From IMG/VR virus record IMGVR_UViG_3300000525_000005, positions 1 through 52,142 of that record: 52,142 bases of DNA, one strand, 5' to 3'. The stretch comes from a virus. Lineage: Duplodnaviria; Caudoviricetes. Below are positions 26,214-36,731 of the stretch, one piece after another. The position numbers were made by a program, and so were the translations under genes. The notes beneath the pieces were generated by a model. It ran no database searches, was not told where the DNA came from, and saw nothing but the letters and a program-made list of their open reading frames with translations. The first letter of the stretch is position 1. Each line of letters starts with the position of its first letter.

Positions 26214-26828
26214 ATGAAAGTATCTTATATCATGGAGGCTTTAGCGTCAGGTGAGTTAGCTAACTTAAACCTAGCTGAAGACCGGATTAATATTAAACCA
26301 GACAAGATGGTTATCGTACTTAGAAATATTAATAGAGGACTGGAAGATTTACACACAAGGTTTTTGTTACGTAGGGCCAACGCTTATATAGATGTGGTTC
26401 CTGATCAGTTTGAGTATATCGTGAACACTGACGATTTTATAGAAATATTAGATGTGTATGTAAACAATAAGAGACTAGATGCTTATGAATATGGCTTAGG
26501 AGATGTTAATAAATTTAGGCTTAATAATAAATTAGGTATTACTGATGATCTGCGTGTAGAGTACAAAGCAAGTCATAAAGTACTCACTGAATTAGATATC
26601 TCACTAGACACAGAAGTTAATCTTCCCTCTTCATATCTTAATGCTCTGATGTACTTTGTGGCTTCTCGTTTATTTGCAGGTGCAGTTAATCAATTGGATG
26701 GTGACCTGAATGAAGGAGTATCTTATGAACGAAAGTATCAAGATGAAATAATGATGTTAAGTCAGCAAGGTATTGATGTTGACGGTCTTAATGAATTTAA
26801 CGGTTTCCGAAGTAGAGGGTTTGTATAA
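26214..26828 (+). CDS. Head-tail adaptor (N4 gp67-like)
   Basis: LASGELANL, INRGL.DLHTRF, LP.SYLNALMYFVASR; between TerL and portal; start revised. Confidence 0.75.
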   Translation: MKVSYIMEALASGELANLNLAEDRINIKPDKMVIVLRNINRGLEDLHTRFLLRRANAYIDVVPDQFEYIVNTDDFIEILDVYVNNKRLDAYEYGLGDVNKFRLNNKLGITDDLRVEYKASHKVLTELDISLDTEVNLPSSYLNALMYFVASRLFAGAVNQLDGDLNEGVSYERKYQDEIMMLSQQGIDVDGLNEFNGFRSRGFV

Positions 26829-29116
26829 TGGCTAGACCTGATTTATCTAAATACTCTGATGAAGAGATTGTTAGTGGTGATATCAAAATTAATAAGAGTA
26901 CCACTAAGAAAAAGAAGCAAACAAGTTGGAAGAATGAACCAACTCTAGAAGACTTGAAAGAAGATTTAGAAGGAGCTAAGAATGATCGCTCTGCTTTTAT
27001 AAGTAAGCTTGACAAGTGGAACAACTTGTACGAAGCACCTAAGTTTGGAAGTGATGACTCCAAAACCAGTCGTGTTAACGTAAAGCTTATACGTAAGCAA
27101 GTAGAGTGGCGTTGTCCTGCCTTATCTGAACCCTTTCTATCTACTAATAACTTATTTGAGGTTAAAGCTTTAACACATGAAGATGTGCCTAGAGCGTTGC
27201 AAAACTCGCTAGTGATAAATAGGCAGTTTAATACTCAATTAGATAAAGTTAATTTAGTAGATAAGGTAGTCAGAAAGGTTGTAAAGGACGGATCAGTAGT
27301 TGCTCGTCTTGGCTGGAAATTTAAAGAAGTCAAGATCAAAGAGATGGTGATGCAGTACGAGTACATGCCAGCTACAGAACAGGAGGCTGAACAGCTAGGG
27401 CAAAAGTACGAAGAACTCTCCCAAATGCAGGTCAATGAACCTGACTCCTACGAGCAACTACCCGAAGAGTTAAAAGCAGGGATGGAGATGTCAATGGAGC
27501 AACAACAGTTGCTTATTGCTATGCCGTCAGAAGAAGTTGAAGTTGAGTCAATGAAGACCATTGTTAATAAGCCAACAGTAGAAGTCTGTAATACCAAGAA
27601 TATTTATATAGATCCTACCTGTAATGGTGAAATTGATAATGCTCAATTTATTATTTATAGTTATGAGAGTTCGCTATCTGATTTAAAAAAAGACGGTAAC
27701 TTTAAGAATTTGGATTCACTAGAAAACTATGATGAGTCTGGTAGCCTAGACCATGACAATGCAAGCCAGAACAAGAACTTTAAATTTAAAGATGAGGCTC
27801 GTAAGAAGTTAGTCGTTTATGAGTATTGGGGTTATCGTGATATTGACGGTTCTGGTGAGACAACTTCATTTACTACCAGTTGGGTAGGCAGCACTGTTAT
27901 CCGTATGGAAGAGAATCCTTTTCCTGATGCCAAACCACCATTCGTAATGTTTAACTATATCCCTGAGGAAGACTCAGTGTATGGTATTCCTGATGCTGAA
28001 TTATTAGGTGATAACCAAGAAATCCTAAGCGCAATTACTCGTGGCATGATTGATATCATGGGTAAGAACGCTAACGGTCAGACTGGTGTAAGTAAACAAT
28101 TCCTGGATGTAAGTAATCAGCTTAAGTATCGTAAAGGTGAAGATTATCAGTTCAACATGGGATTTGATCCAAGAGCACATATACATACTCACGCTTTCCC
28201 TGAAATTCCACAATCTGCTATGCAGATGACTCAATTGCTACAGAATGACTCTGAATCCATGTCAGGCATCAAAGCCTTTGGTCAAGATGGTTTATCAGCA
28301 GTTAACTTTGGTAGTACAGCCACAGGTGTTAGAGGCGTATTAGATGCAGTCTCTAAACGTGAGTTAAGTATCTTAAGAAGAATATCAGAAGGCTTTAAAG
28401 AGATTGGTCGTAAGATTATCTCAATGAATGCTGAGTTCTTAGCAGAAGAAGAAGTAATACGTGTTACTAACAGTGAGTTCGTCACAGTACGTAGAGATGA
28501 TCTAGCAGGTGATTTTGATCTTACTCTTACTATTTCAACAGCTGAAGCAGACAACGCTAAAGCAGAAGAGTTGGCTTTCATGTTACAGACTATGGGTGAA
28601 ACCATGGGTCAAGAAGTAATGAAGACTATTCTGGTTGAGATTGCCACATTACGCAAGATGCCAGATCTAGCTAAGAAGATTGAAGAATACGAGCCATCTC
28701 CTGATCCATTCCAAGAACAGATGCAAGAATTAGAATTGGCTTATAAACAAGCTGAAATTGAGAAGATACAAGCAGAGTCAGCAGAGCTACAAGCTAAAGC
28801 CATGGTTTATCAGACTAAAGTGTCTGTTGAGGAAGCCAGAGCTAAATCATTAGAAGGGGACGCTAGTAATAAGGCCCTAAACTTCGCTGAGAAAGACTCA
28901 GGAATGAAGCAAGCTAATGACATGGAGAAGCAGAATGCAATCAATGAGGGGAACCTCATGAATCAGGAAGCGAAGAACCAAGGACAAGCTCAAGCTCAAA
29001 AAGATAAACATAATATGGACATTCTTAAAGGAGCAGCTGATAGTGAATTATCTGGTGGCCCTGGGATAGATTTACCTGAAATGGGTACAGAAGGTGTAGC
29101 TATAGACGTAATGTAA
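26828..29116 (+). CDS. Portal protein (N4 gp59-like)
   Basis: W.NEPTL..LK.D, KLIRKQ.EWR..ALSEPFL, IRMEENPFPD, TATGVRG.LDA.SKRE; 762 aa. Confidence 0.92.
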   Translation: MARPDLSKYSDEEIVSGDIKINKSTTKKKKQTSWKNEPTLEDLKEDLEGAKNDRSAFISKLDKWNNLYEAPKFGSDDSKTSRVNVKLIRKQVEWRCPALSEPFLSTNNLFEVKALTHEDVPRALQNSLVINRQFNTQLDKVNLVDKVVRKVVKDGSVVARLGWKFKEVKIKEMVMQYEYMPATEQEAEQLGQKYEELSQMQVNEPDSYEQLPEELKAGMEMSMEQQQLLIAMPSEEVEVESMKTIVNKPTVEVCNTKNIYIDPTCNGEIDNAQFIIYSYESSLSDLKKDGNFKNLDSLENYDESGSLDHDNASQNKNFKFKDEARKKLVVYEYWGYRDIDGSGETTSFTTSWVGSTVIRMEENPFPDAKPPFVMFNYIPEEDSVYGIPDAELLGDNQEILSAITRGMIDIMGKNANGQTGVSKQFLDVSNQLKYRKGEDYQFNMGFDPRAHIHTHAFPEIPQSAMQMTQLLQNDSESMSGIKAFGQDGLSAVNFGSTATGVRGVLDAVSKRELSILRRISEGFKEIGRKIISMNAEFLAEEEVIRVTNSEFVTVRRDDLAGDFDLTLTISTAEADNAKAEELAFMLQTMGETMGQEVMKTILVEIATLRKMPDLAKKIEEYEPSPDPFQEQMQELELAYKQAEIEKIQAESAELQAKAMVYQTKVSVEEARAKSLEGDASNKALNFAEKDSGMKQANDMEKQNAINEGNLMNQEAKNQGQAQAQKDKHNMDILKGAADSELSGGPGIDLPEMGTEGVAIDVM

Positions 29117-29179
29117 AATAAATTAGGTTATGGCCTACAGTTTAGGTTATAACTACAACAATTAAACAGGAAGGTAAGA

Positions 29180-29500
29180 ATGTCAACACGCAGTGATTTA
29201 ACTAAGCAAATTGCAACTTATGAAAGTGAAGTAGGCAATGCAGATGCTTTAGGTAGATTAATGGTCAATAAGGACTTTAAGGAGGTATTTCTTGAAGGTT
29301 ACTGTAAAGCTCATGCTTTATCACTAATTAAAGATTTATCTAATTATAGTACTGATACCTCAGATTACCGTAACATTGTTGAAGACTTAGATGCTATAAG
29401 TCGTTTTCAAACTTACTTAAACGAAACCACTATTAAAGGGCAATTAGCCAAAGCTGATCTAGTATTAGCTAAGTCAATCCCTGACAGCGAGTTAAATTAA
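29180..29500 (+). CDS. N4 gp58-like protein
   Basis: AL.RL..N.DFK.VFLEGY; synteny. Confidence 0.7.
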   Translation: MSTRSDLTKQIATYESEVGNADALGRLMVNKDFKEVFLEGYCKAHALSLIKDLSNYSTDTSDYRNIVEDLDAISRFQTYLNETTIKGQLAKADLVLAKSIPDSELN

Positions 29501-30684
29501 TGTCTGATTTATATGATTTGTCCGATGAAGAGCTAGCTAATTTAGATTTAGATACTCTGAATACTGAAGAACCTGAACCTCAAGAGGAAGAATTAGTAGA
29601 CGAAGAACCTGTTGACGAAACGCCAGAAGAAGAGGAAGAAGCATTAGAAGCTGAAGCTGACGATCAATCAGAAACAGAAGCTGCTAGTGATGAAGACTTT
29701 TCAGAGGAAACTCCTGAACAGGAAGACGAGGATACTGAGGAAGATCTTGAGGAAGATACCAATGTTGCTGACAATGTCTCTGATAAAGATACTCAGGAAG
29801 ATGTAGATGCTGAGGGTGAGGAAAAGGGCAATAAGCAGACTAAGAAAGATAAGGAAGAGAAGTCTGATAGCCAAAGCACAGAAGACTTGCAATCTTTCTA
29901 TGATGCGGTTACTGCTGAATTTAAAGCCAATGGTAAAGATATGCGGGTTACTAATCCAGCGGATATTAAAGCTTTAATTCAACAAGGCGTTAATTATAGT
30001 AAAAAGATGGCAGGTCTAAAACCTGTAATGCCTATTGTTAAGACTTTACAAGAACATGGCTTAGCAGATCCTGCGAAGATATCTTATTTAATTGATTTAC
30101 ATAATAAGGATCCTAAGGCGATTGCGAAACTTGTTAAAGATAGTGGTACAGATCTATACGAGTTTGACTCAGATGCTGGTGACAATTATGTAGCGGTTAA
30201 TAAGGTACATGAAGAAAGCAAACTTGACGAAGTTATGCAAGAACTAGATAGTTCTCCTAAGTTTAATGAAATGTTGGAGAGTTTGTCTGGGTCGTGGGAC
30301 ACTGAAAGCAAGCAGTTCATTGTTGATAACCCTGGGGTACTAAGGGTGTTAAATCAGCAAATGGACAGTGGGATGTTTGGGCAGATTACTAACGGTATTG
30401 AATATGAAAGGATGTGTGGACGTTTAAAAGATGTCTCGTATATTGAAGCGTATTCACAGGTAGAAAATGCTATGGCGCAGGCTAATCAACCTAAAGAAAA
30501 AGAAGAAGCAGCTCCAGTTCTTAAGGCACCAAGACCTAAGGCTAAAGTTGCAAGTAATAGTTCTAAGAAACGTAAGGTAGCTAGCCCACAGTCAGGTGGA
30601 TCTAATGCCAAAGAATCATTTAATCCATTAGAAGTATCTGATGAAGAGCTTCTAGACATGATGGATCAACAATCCAAATATTAA
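29500..30684 (+). CDS. Acidic scaffold-like protein (N4 gp57-like)
   Basis: D/E-rich N-terminus, FKANGK, Q.G.NY.KKM, YLIDL..K.P.AI.KL, NPL..SDEE. Confidence 0.8.
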   Translation: MSDLYDLSDEELANLDLDTLNTEEPEPQEEELVDEEPVDETPEEEEEALEAEADDQSETEAASDEDFSEETPEQEDEDTEEDLEEDTNVADNVSDKDTQEDVDAEGEEKGNKQTKKDKEEKSDSQSTEDLQSFYDAVTAEFKANGKDMRVTNPADIKALIQQGVNYSKKMAGLKPVMPIVKTLQEHGLADPAKISYLIDLHNKDPKAIAKLVKDSGTDLYEFDSDAGDNYVAVNKVHEESKLDEVMQELDSSPKFNEMLESLSGSWDTESKQFIVDNPGVLRVLNQQMDSGMFGQITNGIEYERMCGRLKDVSYIEAYSQVENAMAQANQPKEKEEAAPVLKAPRPKAKVASNSSKKRKVASPQSGGSNAKESFNPLEVSDEELLDMMDQQSKY

Positions 30685-30701
30685 TTTAAAGGAATTTTAA
30701 G

Positions 30702-31877
30702 ATGGCAGTAGCAACTAAACAAGGTCAAACATATAACGACGGTGCCAGTACTGTTGGTTCCGTACAGTTAAATCCGCATGCTTATGAGCGAAAATCCCTG
30801 ATTGAAGCACGTCATGAACAGTACTTTGGTCAGTTGGCTGATGTACGTACGATGCCTAAGAACTCAGGTACAGTAATTAAGCAGTATCATTATCTACCGT
30901 TGTTAGATGATGCCAACATTAACGATCAAGGTATTGATGCCTCTGGTGCTGAACTAGTTAATGGTAACCTTTATGGCTCAAGCAAAGACGTTGGTTTGAT
31001 TCCTGGCAAGTTACCTTTGCTTGGTGAAACTGGTGGTCGTGTTAACCGTGTTGGTTTTAAACGTAAAGAGATTGAAGGTACATTTGAGAAGTTTGGTTTC
31101 TTCACAGAATGGTCTAAAGATCTAATGAACTTTGACTCTGATGCTGATTTGATGAACCACATCATGCGAGAGCTGATGACTGGTGCCATGCAAATCACTG
31201 AAGACGCATTACAAATTGATTTACTAACCAACGCAGCTACTACTTACTACACTGGTACTGCTACTACTAACGCCACTATTGATAACACCTCTGAGCTTAC
31301 TTATTCAGATTTGATGCGTGTTGCAATTACTTTGGACAACAACCGTACACCTAAGCAAACCAAGATTATTACTGGTACTCGTAATATTGATACCAAGACT
31401 ATTCCTGCTTGCCGTGTTGCTTATTGCGGTTCAGAGATGATTCATACACTTGAAGCCATGAAAGATCTACATGGTGAGCGTGCATTCATCCCAGTCAATC
31501 AATATTCAGCTGGTACTACTTTGCTTAAAGGCGAACGTGGTTCTGTAGGTGAGTTCCGTTTCATCGTTGTGCCTAACATGTTTAAATGGTCAGGTGCGGG
31601 TGCTGGTACTCCAAACAGTGCATATCATGCAACGGGTGCTAACTATGATGCATTCCCAATCTTAATTGTAGGTGATGAGTCATTTACTACTATTGGTTTC
31701 CAAACTGATGGTAAGTCTAACAAGTTTGAAACTGTTACACGTAAACCTGGTATTGAAACTGCTGATCGTAATGATCCGTATGGCGAAATGGGTTTCAGTT
31801 CTATCAAGTGGTGGTACGGCTTTATGGGCCTACGTACTGAGCGTATTGCTGTTATCAAAACTTCAGCTAAGATGTAG
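30702..31877 (+). CDS. Major capsid protein (N4 gp56 family)
   Basis: [51 protein letters not shown]. Confidence 0.95.
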   Translation: MAVATKQGQTYNDGASTVGSVQLNPHAYERKSLIEARHEQYFGQLADVRTMPKNSGTVIKQYHYLPLLDDANINDQGIDASGAELVNGNLYGSSKDVGLIPGKLPLLGETGGRVNRVGFKRKEIEGTFEKFGFFTEWSKDLMNFDSDADLMNHIMRELMTGAMQITEDALQIDLLTNAATTYYTGTATTNATIDNTSELTYSDLMRVAITLDNNRTPKQTKIITGTRNIDTKTIPACRVAYCGSEMIHTLEAMKDLHGERAFIPVNQYSAGTTLLKGERGSVGEFRFIVVPNMFKWSGAGAGTPNSAYHATGANYDAFPILIVGDESFTTIGFQTDGKSNKFETVTRKPGIETADRNDPYGEMGFSSIKWWYGFMGLRTERIAVIKTSAKM

Positions 31878-31886
31878 TTAGCTTAG

Positions 31887-31926
31887 TGGCTCAGTCCCTA
31901 TAAGGGGACTGGGCTATTCTTTTTTA
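31887..31926 (+). terminator. Intrinsic terminator
   Basis: tggctcagtccct-ataa-ggggactgggcta-ttcttttt. Confidence 0.85.
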
Positions 31927-31953
31927 TTTAACTTAATTTTAAGGTATAAGATA

Positions 31954-32481
31954 ATGGCTACAGATATTAAGAAAGAAGCGGCCCAACCAACAGAGTTGGA
32001 AAACCTGAAAACTCAAGCAGACATTCTAAAGCTAGATTATAAAGCGAACATCACCGCTAAAGATCTACGCAAACAAATTATGGCAGAACTTACTTCTTTT
32101 GATGATTCTGAAGGAACTTCAGAGAAAGATCGTGCAGATATGATTGCTGAGAATACTAAACTGGTTCGTTGTATGGTTATGCCAGTGGCAGCTCACATGA
32201 GAGATTATCAAGGTCAATTATTTGGTGCAGGTAACTCTGTATTGGGTATTGTCAGTAAATTTGTTTTATTTAATACAGAATACCAAGTACCCAATATCAT
32301 CCTTAAACAGATCCAAGCCCAAGAGATGCAATTCTTCACTACTCGTAGAGTTAATGGTCAAGATGTTCGTGAGTCTAAAATGCGTAAAGCATTTAACGTA
32401 GATATCTTAGATCAAATTACCCAAGAAGAACTGGATGAGTTAAGCCGTAGCCAAGAGAATCGTCACGCTATTGATGCATAA
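31954..32481 (+). CDS. N4 gp55-like protein
   Basis: TELE.LK..AD.L, KLVRC, GNS.LG.V.KFV.FN, T.EEL.EL. Confidence 0.75.
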   Translation: MATDIKKEAAQPTELENLKTQADILKLDYKANITAKDLRKQIMAELTSFDDSEGTSEKDRADMIAENTKLVRCMVMPVAAHMRDYQGQLFGAGNSVLGIVSKFVLFNTEYQVPNIILKQIQAQEMQFFTTRRVNGQDVRESKMRKAFNVDILDQITQEELDELSRSQENRHAIDA

Positions 32482-32498
32482 TAAATAAGGATTAGAAG

Positions 32499-33674
32499 AT
32501 GCCAGATACAATACCCATTGAAGTTCCAGTAGACTTTAATATTAATGAACTAACAGATGGTACAGTAAATGGTGCTGGTGTTTTTGATGTCCTTATGAAG
32601 TCTGTTAAAGCTCATCTAAGAGAAGAGTTTGATGCTAATAGAATAAGAGCCACAGATTACGCCAACGTTTATACTATGACTATGGGTCAGGTATTAGCAC
32701 AATCCACTCAGTACGCTACATCAAGAGCACGACTAGAGTTAGAACTCCAAGCTACTGAAGCTCAAATTGGTAAGATAAGTGCTGATACGGTATTAGTTAC
32801 TAAGCAATGTTTACTAGTAGAAGCTCAAGCAGTTAGAGAGAGCATACAAACCACTAATATTGAGGCCAATACCCGTCAGTTAGATTACATCACTAACATA
32901 CAACTACCTAGTCAAGTTGCCAGCACAGACGCGCAGACTGCGCTAACTATAAAACAACAAGCAAAACTAACTCAAGAAAATCTGAACTTAGCAGCACAGA
33001 AAGAACAGATGGATAAACAATCTTTAGATATTGTAGCTGGTACATTATTGAAAGGTGTTGAGTTGGATATGCAAACCTTTAATCGTGACTTCAAACAACC
33101 TCAAGAACTTATTTTGATGAACAAAGAAGTTGCTATTAAAGAAAGCCAATTACTAATAACTGCTAAAGAGTTGTTAGTTAAACAGGCCCAAGTAGATACA
33201 GCTAATAAAGATATTCAACTTAAAGAATCTCAACTTTCTCTGAGTATTAAAGAGTTATTAATTAAACAAACTCAAGTTGATATAGCAAATGAAGAGATAC
33301 TAATTAAGAAAGCGCAGTTACTAGTTACTAAGTATGAACTAACTAATAAACTACCTGCTGAAGTATCATTGGTTAACTCTCAATCAGATCTGTATTCACA
33401 GAAGTCAATTACTGAGAAAGCTCAAGTAGACAGTACAGTTATTGGTGTGGGTTCAGTTACTGATCTTAATAATAAGTTAATCACTGAGCAGTCTAAGACT
33501 TTCTTAAGGAGTGCACAGCAGACAGCGGCCAAGCTATTAATTGATACTTGGAACGTTAGGCATACAGCAGACCCTGATGGTAACTTGGAGGATAATAATA
33601 ACAAGTTAGAAGATGCGACCATTGGACGTGCGGTACAGGCAGTAATGGGTGGGATTGATATTATTATCCCTTAA
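32499..33674 (+). CDS. Structural protein (N4 gp54-like) with coiled-coil repeats
   Basis: LT.G.V.G.GVFD.LM.SV.AHL..EF..NRI; AAKL..DTW. Confidence 0.8.
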   Translation: MPDTIPIEVPVDFNINELTDGTVNGAGVFDVLMKSVKAHLREEFDANRIRATDYANVYTMTMGQVLAQSTQYATSRARLELELQATEAQIGKISADTVLVTKQCLLVEAQAVRESIQTTNIEANTRQLDYITNIQLPSQVASTDAQTALTIKQQAKLTQENLNLAAQKEQMDKQSLDIVAGTLLKGVELDMQTFNRDFKQPQELILMNKEVAIKESQLLITAKELLVKQAQVDTANKDIQLKESQLSLSIKELLIKQTQVDIANEEILIKKAQLLVTKYELTNKLPAEVSLVNSQSDLYSQKSITEKAQVDSTVIGVGSVTDLNNKLITEQSKTFLRSAQQTAAKLLIDTWNVRHTADPDGNLEDNNNKLEDATIGRAVQAVMGGIDIIIP

Positions 33675-33689
33675 AGGTTTTAATATAAG

Positions 33690-33723
33690 ATAGGGCATTG
33701 GAAACAATGTCCTATTTTTTTTT
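33690..33723 (+). terminator. Intrinsic terminator
   Basis: atagggcattg-gaaa-caatgtcctat followed by a T tract. Confidence 0.88.
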
Positions 33724-33737
33724 ATGGGTAAAATATT

Positions 33738-36056
33738 ATGGGTAGCAAGACGTATGTAAACTCAGTAACAGAGAGGTTACTAGAGAGTAAGAACTTTCAT
33801 AGCTCAAGTGATCTTGGTATGCAAAGATATCTATACGAGCAAAAGACTAAGACAAAACCTAACATGAGGGGGAAATCAATAAGTGATTGTCTACTAGGCG
33901 CAGCAAAAGGATCTATGCCTAAGAAGTTTAGATCAGCTTATAATCTGGCATCCAATACAGATAGATATACATATGGGTTACCTCAATCTTATCTAAGTAC
34001 CACAGCCACTCAAGATATTAATAATAGTTTTGAGACTTATTTGAATACACAAGAAACAGGTGTAGTAGAGGTTATATACAGTAAGCTCAATAGTAAAAAC
34101 ATGTATCACTATGCTTGGGGTAAGGTATTTGAGGATCTTGGTTATAGCTCTAAGTCAAATGAACTTAAAGTAGTTAGTGTATCTAAAGGCACGCCTTGCT
34201 ATCTATTCAGTAGTCAATTAACTCTCTCACAGAGGTCTTATGAAAAGTATTTATTAGACGGTAACTTAGAACAGAATGGTTTAAGTATGTCTTATGGAGC
34301 GGCCTTTGAGAGAGAAGAGAATCCGTACAGAGAGCAGCCAGATATCCTTATGGGGCTCAATAGTAAGCTAAGTGTAGTATACGCTTATGAGAAGGGAGGG
34401 GAGGTCTTAAAAGGTATACTAGACATAATCTTAGAAGATGTAAATCCAGCTATCACAGAAGCAGAAGTAGAAGAAACTCCTCCTATATTTGATTGGTGGG
34501 GAATTAGAATAGAGTCTAGGGAGCCTAATACCTTACCTACTGAGAATGAGTACATTCAAGCCATGTATTTAGTAGATGGAGTCATGAAGATATTCAGTTA
34601 CGAGTATCAATCAGGTGGTATACCAGAAGTAGATACTTCAGTAAGTTATGAAGAAAGTATAGGTCAGTATTACCCTCGCATATACATACGAGAACATGCT
34701 AGGTATACGAAGGATTTACCTAAAGATAATATTAGAAGAGAAAGCACAGTTAAAATGCTTAATAAACTTGGTTTAAAGATAGAGCAAATCACTGATCAGT
34801 TACACGAAGCAATAGGAGAAGTAGATGGTGATTACAAGTATATGTTCTTACATCTAACAGTTTCTATTAATAAAGATAAAGATGATTTAACAACAGGTAA
34901 ATATCTATTTAATTATTTTGATTCTTTAAGAGAAGTGAGTGGCACTATTCCAACCAGTCATAGGAAAGTCCCAATACTCTCTAATGAGAAAGGTAATATT
35001 AATCAAAGTGTTAGAGATGGATCATATAATCAAGAGATAAGCTTTTGGAAGACTGGTAAAAGTATTAAGAATGGTATTGCTAAAAATAATGCAGGAGTAG
35101 AACTAGAGATAGGAGATCACTGTGTTAAGTATAAATCCTTAAATTATACTGGTATACATACCATAATCAAACAGATAAATACCAGTCAGTACATTGAGTT
35201 AGAAGTTGCTGGTTTAGTTATGAGACATAAGTTCTACGGTCAAACCGTTACTGCTGGTGGTGGTGATGATAATTTAACTATACCTTTAGATAAAATAGCA
35301 GTAGAAAGTCTCGTTCTAAAAGATCAAGAATTACTTGTAAACAGGTCATTACAACTAACGATTACCACAATGAAAGTTGTTAAAACAAAGTGGTATCAAA
35401 CCGGTATTTTTAAAGTAGTTCTGGTTGTTATATCTATTGCTATAAATATAGTAATCCCCGGATCTGGACTGACACTAATGGCTTTACTACAAGCGGTGGC
35501 TACAACCATAGTGATAGGTATAGCTGTAAACTTGGCTGTGGGGTTACTAGTTAAACTTGCAGTGTCTATAGGCTTGTCTTCAGAGTTAGTAGCAGTTATA
35601 GCATTTATTGCTACATTAGCCACTTTGGCCGCAACAGGCCGTATAGACTTCAGTAAAGTAATAGATGCAAGAGCTTTAATGAATGGTTTAAATATAGCTA
35701 AAAATGCACATGGTAAGTCTGTAGCTATAGGTATAGAAACAGTTAAAGGTAAGATGGATGACTTCAAAGAATATGCTGATGACCAATGGAAGAAGTTAGA
35801 AGCTGCTCAAGATATGCTTGATACTGGAGTTATTCCCCCTAGTCTAATGATGTTAACTGGGCCCATAAACCAAATAGAAGTTTATTTGGGAGAGAGCGCT
35901 AAAGAGTTCTATACTAGATTAACCACGATAGATGTTTATGACTTTACAGTTAATATGGTTGAATACTTTGAAGAGATATACACAACCCCTCCTAAATACA
36001 AGCATATAAAGACTGTTAATTCTGTAGACATTACTGACGTATTATTAATTACTTAA
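33738..36056 (+). CDS. Virion structural protein (N4 gp53-like) with C-terminal hydrophobic segments
   Basis: KTYV.S, Y.YGLP, VVKTKWYQTGIFK followed by TM-like helices; synteny. Confidence 0.75.
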   Translation: MGSKTYVNSVTERLLESKNFHSSSDLGMQRYLYEQKTKTKPNMRGKSISDCLLGAAKGSMPKKFRSAYNLASNTDRYTYGLPQSYLSTTATQDINNSFETYLNTQETGVVEVIYSKLNSKNMYHYAWGKVFEDLGYSSKSNELKVVSVSKGTPCYLFSSQLTLSQRSYEKYLLDGNLEQNGLSMSYGAAFEREENPYREQPDILMGLNSKLSVVYAYEKGGEVLKGILDIILEDVNPAITEAEVEETPPIFDWWGIRIESREPNTLPTENEYIQAMYLVDGVMKIFSYEYQSGGIPEVDTSVSYEESIGQYYPRIYIREHARYTKDLPKDNIRRESTVKMLNKLGLKIEQITDQLHEAIGEVDGDYKYMFLHLTVSINKDKDDLTTGKYLFNYFDSLREVSGTIPTSHRKVPILSNEKGNINQSVRDGSYNQEISFWKTGKSIKNGIAKNNAGVELEIGDHCVKYKSLNYTGIHTIIKQINTSQYIELEVAGLVMRHKFYGQTVTAGGGDDNLTIPLDKIAVESLVLKDQELLVNRSLQLTITTMKVVKTKWYQTGIFKVVLVVISIAINIVIPGSGLTLMALLQAVATTIVIGIAVNLAVGLLVKLAVSIGLSSELVAVIAFIATLATLAATGRIDFSKVIDARALMNGLNIAKNAHGKSVAIGIETVKGKMDDFKEYADDQWKKLEAAQDMLDTGVIPPSLMMLTGPINQIEVYLGESAKEFYTRLTTIDVYDFTVNMVEYFEEIYTTPPKYKHIKTVNSVDITDVLLIT

Positions 36057-36065
36057 GGAAACAAG

Positions 36066-36728
36066 ATGAACAATCAATACCCAAGAAGACAGCCTAACGA
36101 GAACTATTACAATCCTCAGCCTGCTGCTACTCAATTACCACCATTAAGTTTTGACCCTAATTCTGGATTCTCTGGTGGCTATGCTGCTCCCTCAGGTTTT
36201 GGACCATCTTCTGTAGGGGGTTATATGAATGGAGGAGCCTATCAACCAAATGCTATGCAACAACAGCAGAACACGGTTGGACAGATTGCCAGTACTAATA
36301 ACTTTGATCCTAATCCTATTAAGACTTTTGGGTTAGACGGTGGATCTTTTGAATATGGAAACCAAGTAAACGGTTTATCTGGAAACTCTGATGCTTTTGA
36401 TACTGCATGGGGAAAGACTGAAGGAATATCGGACAATTATAAAGGAGAAAGTTCTTTAGGATCAGCGTGGGATAAGATGGGGTTTGGTGAAAAAGGAGCT
36501 GCTGTACTAGGTGGGGTATCCAGTGTATATGGAATGTACAATGCACATAAAGCAGGTAAGTTAGCTAAAGATCAATTCTCCTTTCAAAAGAAAGCTTTCA
36601 ATAAGAACTTTGATGCACAAGCCAAAATGACCAACTCTGGACTAGCAGATAGACAGGCAGCTAGATATGCACGTAACCCTGACCAACATAAATCAGTGAA
36701 AGATTATATGACTAAGTATGGAGTATAA
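36066..36728 (+). CDS. Internal virion/ejection protein (N4 gp52-like)
   Basis: No Cys, G/N/Q-rich; KLAKDQF.F.K...NKN...Q.K.TN..L.DRQ.AR. Confidence 0.75.
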   Translation: MNNQYPRRQPNENYYNPQPAATQLPPLSFDPNSGFSGGYAAPSGFGPSSVGGYMNGGAYQPNAMQQQQNTVGQIASTNNFDPNPIKTFGLDGGSFEYGNQVNGLSGNSDAFDTAWGKTEGISDNYKGESSLGSAWDKMGFGEKGAAVLGGVSSVYGMYNAHKAGKLAKDQFSFQKKAFNKNFDAQAKMTNSGLADRQAARYARNPDQHKSVKDYMTKYGV

Positions 36729-36731
36729 GAT

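Noticed and set aside
29500-29900. Purine-rich low-complexity stretch as a DNA repeat
   Set aside because: Explained by Glu/Asp codons of the scaffold-like protein
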